Below, piece by piece: positions 24,701-34,786 of a stretch of DNA of 64,000 bases. Position numbers and translations under genes: made by a program. Under the pieces are notes generated by a model. That model was given only the letters and a program-made list of their open reading frames with translations. It was not told the origin of the DNA and did no database searches. The stretch's first letter is position 1. Each line of letters begins with the position of its first letter. Origin of the DNA: Leucoraja erinacea (taxonomy: Eukaryota); contig NC_073401.1 of assembly GCF_028641065.1 (NCBI RefSeq), forward strand, positions 14,136,001 through 14,200,000, in the 5' to 3' direction.

Positions 24701-26440
24701 GACGGGCACTTCGCAATACAGATGGGAGTCTCCGAGATATTGAACGTGCCCGACCGGCCTACACAGCCATGGTTCCCAGTTCATCACGACACGGTGGGCG
24801 AGTCACCTATGGATTTCCCTAGTGGACCATGGTTGCTGACTCAACCCAGTATCAGGCACAAGCCACCCATGCCAGGGAAACATCAAACTCCTGGGTGCAG
24901 GGTTTCAATAGACCTTACCAGGGACTGGGATTATCCAAGGGACCACCATGTCGGCATCCCTGCGAACAGTCAGTAAAAGCTAACATGGGTAAAATACTGC
25001 CACGACGCAGGGACAACATACCGAACTATTCAACCACTGACGTATTGGAGTTCCTGGAACATCTACACCATGACCAAAAGGTGAGTTACAATGCCGTAAA
25101 TACAGCATGAAGCGCCTTATCTGCTTATCTAAAACAGCATGACAGCAGAGCATGGGATCCCATCCACTGAAGGTAAACTTATGAAGGGCAACTATAATAT
25201 AAGCCCCAAACACCCAGGTATATACCCATGTATGGGATATTGGTGTGATATTGACATATCTCAGAGAATGGCACCAGCCAGATCCCTCAGCTTGCTTAAT
25301 CTATGTTTTAAAAAACGCTCATGCTTATGGCTCTCGTACACGCTCACAGAGTCCGGTCACTCCATAAACTAGACTGGATAACATGGTGATGACCCCAGAC
25401 GCATCACGTTCATATTTAGGTCTGGTAAAATCTAACTCGCAGGTATATGGGACTAGGCGAGATTATGAGTTCGGCACGAACTAGTAGGGTCGAGATCGCC
25501 TGTGTTTTCCGTGCTGTAGTCGTTATATGGCTATATGGACCAGGAACGCCCAATTCACTGGTGGGATTCCGGGCCTACCCACCAGAGTCCAGGTTGAGTG
25601 TGGTGACCCATCTACTACTATATATAGACACAACCCACAATCTTAGAGGGAGAGGAAAGCCTATGGGTCAACCACAGTAACCCAAGACGGGGTACGAGCC
25701 AAACCACTCCAAGGTGGCTCAAACAGGTACTGAAAGCTGCCGGAATAGATAATAATACATTTAATCCCATTCCAATAGGGCAGCATTGGTATCAGCGGCT
25801 GAACGAATGGACATCCCGGTTGACCACATTTTCAATACAGCAGAATGGTCAAGGGAACGGCGTTCAGAACATTTTTTATTATAAACCGTTGATAAACCTG
25901 ATTTAATTGCAGGAGAATATTACAAACTGCAATATTAATTTAAGCTCAGAGGAGCTCTTTTATGTTGTTATTGTTAACAAATACCTTTCTGTTTCTTTTG
26001 AAAGCAGATCCACTGGTTGATTACGATAACACTTCCTCATAAACTTCGGCAGTGAGTGAAATAAAAACTGTTACACGGTTTGAAATCACAGACCTTTGAA
26101 GTCTTCACGGAATCACTCACGTGACTCCGAAGTAAAATAGTAAGATTAAACGAGTACTTACCAGTATGAAGTTTGATCTGTATTTTATGAGGAGTTACGG
26201 TGAGGGATTAAGTGCCCGCCGCTCCCACCCTCATTATATAGATCAAACTAATAAATTGATGTCTCGTGATCTTTACTATCTTACTTCAAATATTGTGTCT
26301 ATCCTGTGATTTCACACCGCTGCTTCGAAGTATGCCGCATGCGCAGTAGAGCTGGGGTCTTCACTTAATCCCTCACCGTAACTCCTCATAAAATACTGAT
26401 CAAACTTCGTACTGGTAAGTACTCGTTTAATCTTACTATT
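21782..26440 (+). mobile_element. DIRS1-type tyrosine-recombinase retrotransposon, full-length, ORFs decayed
   Basis: Left end 21782-21845; right ITR 26331-26364 plus extension to 26440; ICR 26101-26214 complementary to both ends; remnants of RT (IMAY/LDDILI ~23833), RNase H (TDANTLGWGA ~24130; LRIDNTMVVAYINHMG ~24307), MT-like (VPDRPTQPWFP) and YR (HSNRAALVSAA ~25768). Confidence 0.93.
26101..26214. repeat. DIRS internal complementary region (ICR)
   Basis: 26101-26138 is the exact reverse complement of 21782-21819; 26136-26214 is the reverse complement of 26362-26440 with 2 mismatches. Confidence 0.95.
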
Positions 26441-27751
26441 AAATGCTTGGTGATTTTGGACATTTTAGCCCTTTGTATCAGCATCTATCTAAAACATTAA
26501 GACGTTTTATCTGAAACATTTCCAGATTTAATAAAACTGGCATGATCCATCTCCTCTTAAGAAACATTATATGCCAAGTACTCAATAATTGCAAATACAT
26601 TTTAATTAATGTCACATCTTTGTAAATGAAAACTGATCCAACATTATGATACTTGAGTTAGTTGACCACAGCTATTTATTCCAAAGTTAAAGATCCAGCT
26701 GAAAACCAGAGCAACTTTGCACTTTTTTCCTAAACAACGGACTGTGCATCAGCAGAATTAATTATCAGAACTCGACCAGTGCACAGTGGTGCAGTTGGTA
26801 GACCTGCTGCCTCACAGCACTGGAGACCCAGGTTCGATCCTGACTCGGGTGCTGTCTGTGTGGAGATTGCACGTTCTCCCTATGACTGTGTGGGTTTCCT
26901 CCGGGTGCTCCGGTTTCCTCTCGCATCCCAAAGATGGCGTGTTTGTAGGTTAATTGGCCCTCCCTAAATTACCCCTAGTCTTTCAGGAGTGGGTGAGAAC
27001 ATGTTGTAATGTAGAACTGGTGTCAACAGGTGATCAATGGTTGGCATGGACTCGGTGGGCCGAAGGACCTGTTTCATGCTGCATATCTGAACTAAACATA
27101 GTAAACTGAACAGACATAACTAAGTCTGTGTTAGTAACCTGTTGTAGATCCAGTTAGCATGGCCCTGATAACCAAAATAATTTTATTTCCAGTGAAACCT
27201 CCAGAAAGTCATGCATCCAATAATAAAATCTGCTTGGGATGCGTGACTGCATTTTAAACACGTCAAAGCTACACTGGCTCTTAATAAAGAAAGCATTCTT
27301 CTCTGCTGCTGCTTACCGAACACAATACGTTTCCAATTTTCTTTAATGATTAAATGCCTTGACTGCTGATTTTAAGCTTCATCACGACATTCAATAAACC
27401 CATTTTGTGTATTTCACTTTTTTCTAAAGTAAAATCATTTTTCTATAAACCTAAGTGTTATTAAAATAGGTGACGTTCGTAGCAGAGAAATTAAACTTTT
27501 AAAAGCAAAGTTAGTTTTAGCTAGGTTTGGTAATTGTTCCATGGTTTCCAATGAATTGTGAAAGACAACCTTGCATTGAAGTGAGCGCTCACAGGGTAGA
27601 GGATTCTAAAACCAGAGGATATAGGCTTAAGGTGAGAGGGGACTTCAGGTGCAATGTTTTCACTTGGACGTTTGGACAGGTATATGGACAGGAAGGGTTT
27701 AGAGGGCTATGGGCCAAATGAAGGCAAATGGGACAAGCCCAATATGCCAAC

Positions 27752-27917
27752 TTAAGGGCCTGTTCCACTTGGACGTCATTTGCGTGTCACGCAGGTGGTG
27801 CGCCGCGCGCTACAGTGCGTCACTGCCTACGCCACCACGTCTCACCACGTGTGTCGTGACGCGTAAATGATGTCGCATAAATGACTTCCAAATAACGCCC
27901 GTGGGACAGGATCTTTA
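27752..27917. mobile_element. Small Harbinger-like MITE inserted in a CR1 3' tail
   Basis: ttaagggcctgttccac ... gtgggacaggatcttta; CpG-rich, partly palindromic interior. Confidence 0.6.
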
Positions 27918-27954
27918 GTCAGCATGGATAAGGTGGGCTGAAGGACCCGTGTCC

Positions 27955-28355
27955 ATTTCTGTCCTAGATCTCCTCCATTGTCAGAGTGGGGCTAAACGCA
28001 AATTGGAGGAATAGCATCTCATATTTTGCAAAGGGAGCTTACAACCCAATGGTATGAATATTAATTTATCTCACTTCAGGTAGCCCTGGCATTCCCTCTC
28101 TCTCACTCTCTATCCCTCCCCCACTAGCTTCTCATTTTCACCCTACAAACAGCTTAATAAAGGCCTGTTTCCTTTTTCATCATTTTTTGCATATCTTTCA
28201 TTCATTGTTCTTGATCTCTCCACATCACCATCTATATCTCTCATTTCCCTTATTCTTAACCAGTCTGAAGAAGGGTCTTGACACGAAACGTCACCCATTC
28301 TGTCTCCGATGCTGCCTGCCCCGTTGAGTTACTCCAGCTTGTTGTGTCTATCTTT
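27955..28355 (+). mobile_element. 5'-truncated Penelope-like element (GIY-YIG C-terminal remnant + pLTR with hammerhead-like motif)
   Basis: ISVLDLLHCQSGAKRKLEE*HLIFCKGSLQPNGMNINLSHFR* resembles PLE endonuclease C-termini; CTGAAGA-AGGGTCTTGACAC-GAAACGTC at 28265-28292; flanked by gacccgtgtccat / gacctgtgcccat (probable TSD). Confidence 0.8.
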
Positions 28356-28709
28356 GACCTGTGCCCATGCTGTGCAGCTATTTGACTCTAATTGAAACCA
28401 ATAACCATAGTTAAATGTGAAATAAGGAATTGCAGATGATGTTGGTGAATCATGAAGTTGGGATTCAGGTTTTAACTTTAGCTGTAGAAGCAGATGCAAT
28501 TAGAATTTTGAAAAGGACGTTTGAGCAAAGATACGGATAAGAAATGTTTAGAGGGCTGTGAGCCAAATGGTATATGCCAATTTAATGGGCATGGACAAGA
28601 TGGGCCAAAGGGCCTGTTTCCATGCTGTACATGTCAATGCTATGACTCTGTCTCTATGACTCCGAGTTGCGGGAAAACAACCTAAAGGATTCTTTCCTTT
28701 CCTCTCCAG

Positions 28710-28901
28710 GATCAGGCCAATGTTCTGATGTGTCCCGGTTCGAGACTGGAGGCAGCGTTGGTTGCTAAGGACCGGGAGATTATCCGGCTGTTGAAAGAGG
28801 TTCAACACCTGCAGACTGCCTTCCATGACCTTCAGGAGAGTTCGGCAAATCAGGTTGCAGAGTTGGAGCAGCAGCTAGCACTGAAGACGGAAGCTGTGGA
28901 G
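28710..28901 (+). CDS. CUX2: CUX2 coding exon (coiled coil)
   Basis: ctctccag|GAT...GAG|gtgatt; DQANVLMCPGSRLEAALVAKDREIIRLLKEVQHLQ...LALKTEAVE, 192 nt. Confidence 0.93.
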
Positions 28902-29448
28902 GTGATTGCCTTTCATGTAGTCTTTGTAACTTAAATAAAGTTCTAACGAAGTGGCCAGGAAATATCTTGTCAACAGCCTCACCCACTCTAGTGAACTAGT
29001 CATCAGATCCTTTTTTGATCTCTGGGATATTGGACACACAAGAAACTGCAGATGCTGGAATCTTCGGCAAAACAAAGTGCTGGAGGAACTCAGTGGGTCA
29101 GGCAGCATCTGTGGAGGGAATGGATTGCTGATGTTTCAGGCCCAATTACTTCTCTTGACCCAGAACCTCGCCTATCCATTCAATGGTGCTTTCAACTGCA
29201 CCATGAAATTATTTTTGCATATTTACTCATGCAGGCACCACCATGTTTTGGCGCCATTTCCAGAGTCCGGTCCGCCCATGCGCGCAGTCTACAGGAGCGG
29301 ATCCCGATCCAGGCAAACCCCAGGCTCCTGCAGGGCCTTCCTCTGTCATCCTCGACCGAATGGGCCTGCAAACAGGCATCATTTTCTTCCCAACGGCCAT
29401 CTGTGTGTCCTGGGGCGCCTCCTGCAACCAATCTTGAAGCCGCTAGAG

Positions 29449-29899
29449 CAGTGGTTCCCAACCTTTTTTTGGCCATGCCCCACCTAATCACCTCTAAAAT
29501 CCTGATGCCCCCCCCCCCCCCCCTTGCTTTCCCTTGAGAGAAAACGGAGGAAATAGATATTATAAGGGTAACTTAGCAAAAGCTCTTTGAATCACAGTTC
29601 TAAATCCAATTCAATAAATAAGGTTCTCCCATGACCTCGCGCGCTTCGTGTGACGTGCATGAAGAGCGATGGCGCGGTGATTATGTAATAACTACACAAT
29701 AAAGACCTTTTTTACCCCAAAAAAATTATTTACTCAAAATAACATCTGAAACATAAACTACATATGTTTACCTGATGGAAAATCCAAAAAAATAAAAATC
29801 GAAAATTTGGGCCCAGACCTCCTCAGTCGCGCTCAATTGCCCCCCTTAAAAATCAAATTGCCCCCCTGTGGGGCGTACGCCCCACGTTGGGAACCACTG
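29449..29899. mobile_element. hAT (Charlie-like) MITE, long variant, opposite orientation to the 18048 copy
   Basis: Same TIRs; 8-bp TSD cgctagag; shared parts nearly identical to the reverse complement of the 18048 copy. Confidence 0.92.
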
Positions 29900-30627
29900 C
29901 GCTAGAGGCATTCCCTCCACAGATGCTACCTGACCCGCTGAGTTCCTCCAGCACTTTATGTTTTGCTAACCTGTGTTGTCAGGACATGCGATCAGTTGTT
30001 AAATGTGATGAATCATCTCCTTTTAGTTCAATCAGCGCCATCAATGTGCACAGCATCATTTACTAATACATTTTAAAGCTTGGAAAAGGTTAATCTCTTG
30101 TGGGGTTTAAGAAAAACAAAGTGCAGCATCTGTGGAGGGACTGGAGAAGGGATTGGACCCAAAATGGCATCAGTCCATTCCCTCCACAGATGCTGCCTGA
30201 CCCGCTGAGTTCCGCCAGCAATTTGTTTCTTGCTCAAGATTCCAGCATGTGCAGTTTCTTGTGCTTCCATTTTAATCTCATTTGGTCTTGTCACTGATCA
30301 ATCAGGCTGCACTCGCTTGTTTTCATTTCGTAGTTGTGGGGCAAGGAGGAGTATATTGTTTATTATAAAAATGCAATATAGTTGCTGAAAATTAACGTTC
30401 CCTTCAAACCTGTCAAAGCACCGAGAGGAGTTTGCAATTGTGTGAGTTTGAAGTAAACCAACGAGTAGAGAGGTGATAAGGCGACGTGATACAGCACCGC
30501 ACTGTTCTGTGGCACAATGTAACTGTTTTGGAGCGGCCCAGTGGCACTGTACCGCTCTTCCCACATGGACTCGTTCGTTTAGTTTCTTTCCTTAAACTCA
30601 CAGGTATTCAAAGTGTGTGCTGAACAT

Positions 30628-30653
30628 TACAATACAATACAATACAATACAAT
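30628..30653. repeat. (TACAA)n microsatellite
   Basis: tacaatacaatacaatacaatacaat. Confidence 0.85.
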
Positions 30654-30777
30654 TTATTTGTTATCATTTGAACCTCTTGAGGTTCAAACAAAATTTGGTT
30701 TCTTAATTTGGTTGTAAATGTGGTTGTACGTTAACTACTGTATGTACCTGCTGACTGATACTTCTCTCCCATTTCAG

Positions 30778-30836
30778 ACTTTAGAAAGGAAATTGTGTGC
30801 ACAACTAAACCACGAGAAACGTAAAACCGAATTAAG
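30778..30836 (+). CDS. CUX2: CUX2 coding exon (diverged)
   Basis: atttcag|ACT...TTAAG|gtaag; TLERKLCAQLNHEKRKTEL(S) aligns to [20 protein letters not shown]; phase 0 to 2. Confidence 0.85.
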
Positions 30837-31539
30837 GTAAGTTTTTCGATATCTGTGTGATGGCCACAAGAATAACTGGATCTCTCTAGTTGTAAGGTTT
30901 TGAAGGTCCTAAGAGAATAATGACAAAACGTGGCCAAATACATTGTTCCTCATGCAGAATGTGTTCTATGCATTTTTATGCTCACAAGTTCTAGGAACAG
31001 AATTAGGCCATTCGGCCCTACTCTGTCCTTCAATCATGGCTGATCTATCTTTCCCTCTCAACCCCATTCTCCTGCCTTCGCCCCAAAGCCCTTACTAATC
31101 TCGAATCTGTCAATCTCCGCCTTAAAAAATATCTTCTTCTTCTGAACTTTCTTCATTCCTCTTCTGTCATTCAGTTTTCTACTACATCCCTAGAACATGG
31201 AACACAGAACATAGAACAGTACAGCACAGGAACAGGCCCTTCGGCCCACAATGTATGCGCTAAACATATTGCAAAGTTAAGTAATCTCGTCTGCCTGCCC
31301 ATGATCCACATCTCTCCATTTCCTGCATATCCATCTAAAAGCCTCTTGGATGCCACTATCATCTCTGCCTCCACCTCCACCCCGGCAGCATATTCCAGGC
31401 ACCCACCACACAGCATGTTTAAAAAAAACAAACTTGCCCTGCACATCCCCTTAAACTTTGCCCCTCTCTCTAAAGCTATGCCCTCTTCTTATCCTAACAT
31501 TTGAATTGGAGATCACCAATTTACAGTTGTTTAATTTTA

Positions 31540-31842
31540 CTCCCACTGTACGAGGTAATTCAAGAGTTCTCCCGAGTTTCCCCTGATTCGAACTCGGAGA
31601 ATTACGGTAATAGCCGCTCTTAGGTACTCGGGGCTCTCGTGGACATTTTTCAACATGTTGAAAAAACTTCACGAGCTTACCGCGTTTCCCAAGTACCTGC
31701 CGTTAGCGTTACGAACCGCTAAGCGACGTCCCGAGCTCCGACATACCCGCTACGTACATTCTACGTACTTACCACGAGTTTGATTATTTTTTCAACTCGG
31801 GAGAGCTCTTGGGTAAACTCGTATAGTGGGACAGGCACTTTA
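31540..31842. mobile_element. PIF/Harbinger-like MITE with long subterminal inverted repeats
   Basis: cccactgtacgag...gagttctcccgagtt vs aactcgggagagctc...ctcgtatagtggg; right end gtgggacaggcacttta. Confidence 0.65.
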
Positions 31843-32129
31843 GACAATGTTCTATTCCCCTGGAACTGAAATTATGCTTGTCTACCTTTTCAAATAAATT
31901 GGTTCTATCTAACCCCGAATTACAAGCATCACAACAAGATTCTTCACTCTGTGCTTGAAAAATCTTCAATGGAATCTTGGTATTTGTTCACGATACATAT
32001 GGAAATCCATGACAAAATAAAATGCATTGTTCCATGAATAAGTTTCACTGCTCCAAATCGGTATGTAACAAGTACTATCAGCAGCAACCTTGCAAATGTT
32101 TCTATGCTCGTGGTTAAAAATGGATATTG

Positions 32130-32470
32130 GTTTATTATTGTCACGTGTGGCGAGATACGTGCGAGCTACGTGCGCTATCCAGTCAAGTCATACGATACAT
32201 GAGTACAATCGAGCCTTACAAGTACAACAGGAAGTGCAAAGAGAAAAACACCAGAGTGCAGAGTATAGTGTTACAGTAATATTAGCAGCACAGAGAGAAT
32301 ATCCAAGGTCCGCAGGGGGGTAGGTTGGAAGATTGGGACGGCACCCTAGCTTGTGGGAGGTCTGATCACAACAGGGAAGAAGCTGTTCCTGAATCTGGTG
32401 ATACATGCTCTCATACGTTTGTATCTTCTGTGCAATGGGAGAGGGGGGAAGAGGGAATGACTGAGGTGAG
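32130..32470 (-). mobile_element. Degenerate Rex/Babar-like LINE 3' end
   Basis: gggaagaagctgttcctgaatctggtg motif (minus strand, RFRNSFFP-like); similar pieces at ~11595-11850, ~17065-17690, ~52975-53235. Confidence 0.55.
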
Positions 32471-34403
32471 AAAGGTAAACCCAATCTCCGATGCATCCCA
32501 AGTGCAGATGCTTTCTCCAGTATTTTCTCTTTGGATCCTACATCTTGAACAACAATTAAACCAGGCAAACATACCTACTGTGACTTCTCGCTGGTATTTA
32601 TTGCCACGGAGGTAGCTCTGTATCTTGCAACTGCATGATGACGCATATGTCATGATTGCTTTATGGATCCAATGTATTTAGTTTAGTTTACTTTAGAGAT
32701 ACAGTGTGCGAACAGGCCCTTCAGCCTTTGAGTCCATGCCGACCAGCGATCACCCGTACACTAGTTCTATCCTGCACACTAGGAAACAATTTACATTAGC
32801 CAATTAACCTACAAACCTGCAGGTATTTGGGGTGTGGAAGGAAACCGGAGCATCCGGAGAAAATTAAAGGGAGAATGTGCAAACTCCAAACAGACTACAC
32901 CCGAGATCAGGATTGAACTCAGGTCTCTGGCGATGTAAGGCAGCGACGCTATGTGCCACCCGGGATAGAGGGATTTAATAGAGGCAACAACAGAAAATGC
33001 CCAGAATGTTCAACAGGTGCGATAGCATCTGTGACTAGAAAAATGGAACCAGTGTTTTAGATAGACAATTCTTCTTCGGCATTGGCAATGTTGGCTGTAT
33101 TTGTTCAACAGGAACTATTTTTCTGCTGTTTGCAGCTGGCATAACTTAACTCTGAAATCATTTTGAACTGAATCATTATACCAATGGAGTTAGATAACTA
33201 GAAATAGACTTTTTAGATTTTTAAGTACAGATAAACCCAAGCCTTCAGTTTGATTAGATTTGATCTTTGTAGTTTGTGCCAGTCTAATATTCCCCTGAAG
33301 ATAGACACAAAAGATCATAAGTGGTAGGAACAGAATTAGGCCATTGCCCTATCATGTCTACTCCCATTCAAACATGGCTGATCTATCTCTCCCTCCTAAC
33401 CCCATTCTCCTGCCCTTCTCCCCATAACCTCTGACACCCATACTAATCAAGAATCTATCTATCTCTGCCTTAAATAAATCCACTGACTTTGCCTCCGCAG
33501 CCTTATGTGGCAAAGAATTCCACAGACTCACCACCCTGTTGGAGTAAGGATAGAAGGAACGGGTGATGTATTGGGTCGAGACATTTCTTCAGACTCTTCA
33601 GTCTCAACCCAAAATGTCACCCATTCCTTCTCTCCAGAGATGTTGCCTGTCCCGCTGAATTACTCCAGCATTTTGTGTACATCTTTGGTGTAAACCAGCA
33701 TCTGCAGTTCCTTCCTACTAATACCCACCTGCCTTGAGTGTTTGTGTTAGCTGAATGCAATATTACAAATGCCACCAGCCTACCTTTGTGAACCAAAATA
33801 ATGATTTGTTAATGCACAGTTTCAATATTTGGGCGTGGGACACATATATTTCATCACCGGGTGGTTAATAATCAGCGATGAAATCCTTTCTACAGATAGT
33901 GTCCAATCTTCCTGAAGGATACTGGTCCTTATTTCCAAATGGCTGGTGCTGTCTTCTTTTACCCCACACTAACTGCTTCCATCTCCTTCGGTGATCTCTC
34001 CTCCACAGCTTCCAACCTTGTTGGTCCGCCAGCCTGCCACTGCCTGCTTCTGTCTCCCTCCCTCTCACTGTCTTTTTGTGCTCCACAATGCCCGCTTCCA
34101 TCTCCTTCGGCGATATCCCCATCGCAGCCTCGTTGTTCCCCAGCTCCACACTGCCCACTTCTATCACCTCCCCTCTCTCACTGTCCTCTAAGCTTCTAAA
34201 ATAGCAGCGTAATTGCAGGCCATCACAACACTACGGAACCTGCTTGCAATGTCTTACAGATAATTACAATGGTGATAATTAATGCTGGGCATCCAGCGGT
34301 GTAGTGGGTGATGCTACTTTGAAAAGCTAAGAACGACCGTCAAATTAATTGTGAAAGATGTGCAGCAGAGGTCACAAACTTGCATTGTATATTCTCTTCA
34401 CAG

Positions 34404-34452
34404 CCTTTTCAACTCGACAAACTCAACAGCCACCAATAGTCGGGCGTCCCTG
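34404..34452 (+). CDS. CUX2: CUX2 coding exon (strongly diverged, 49 nt)
   Basis: ttctcttcacag|C...CTG|gtaact; (S)LFNSTNSTATNSRASL; size and phase (2 to 0) match the expected ILKAMKLASSTCSLPQ exon, but sequence similarity is low. Confidence 0.65.
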
Positions 34453-34683
34453 GTAACTATTCTGTTTTTCTTGTGGTTTGCATCCTTTTGTTTAATTAAA
34501 TGTAGCTGCAATATTAATATTGAATCATATGTCACCGTTTCACTATAATTAGCCACTCAGTAAGAAGTGCCAGAATGCATGTCCCAAAGGAACTTTTCAT
34601 TGGCATTCCATTGAAATCATCTAAGCTCATTTGATGTGCAAAGTGATGACCAGATTGAAGAATAATTATTTCCTGCTGCTCAG

Positions 34684-34786
34684 GATAGGAAAAAAGATAA
34701 CAAGGACTTTCTGCCAGAAAAAGAGATGACCCTTCCTCCCGAGAAGAGATGTTTACGAAAGAAACCAAATGCATATGCAGAAATGG
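34684..34786 (+). CDS. CUX2: CUX2 coding exon (diverged, 103 nt)
   Basis: ttcctgctgctcag|GAT...ATGG|gtaag; DRKKDNKDFLPEKEMTLPPEKRCLRKKPNAYAEM; phase 0 to 1 joins the CUT1 exon in frame. Confidence 0.72.

Noticed and set aside
32521-32612. Candidate CUX2 exon after ctttctccag
   Set aside because: In the required phase it hits TGA after 8 codons; 34404-34452 fits better
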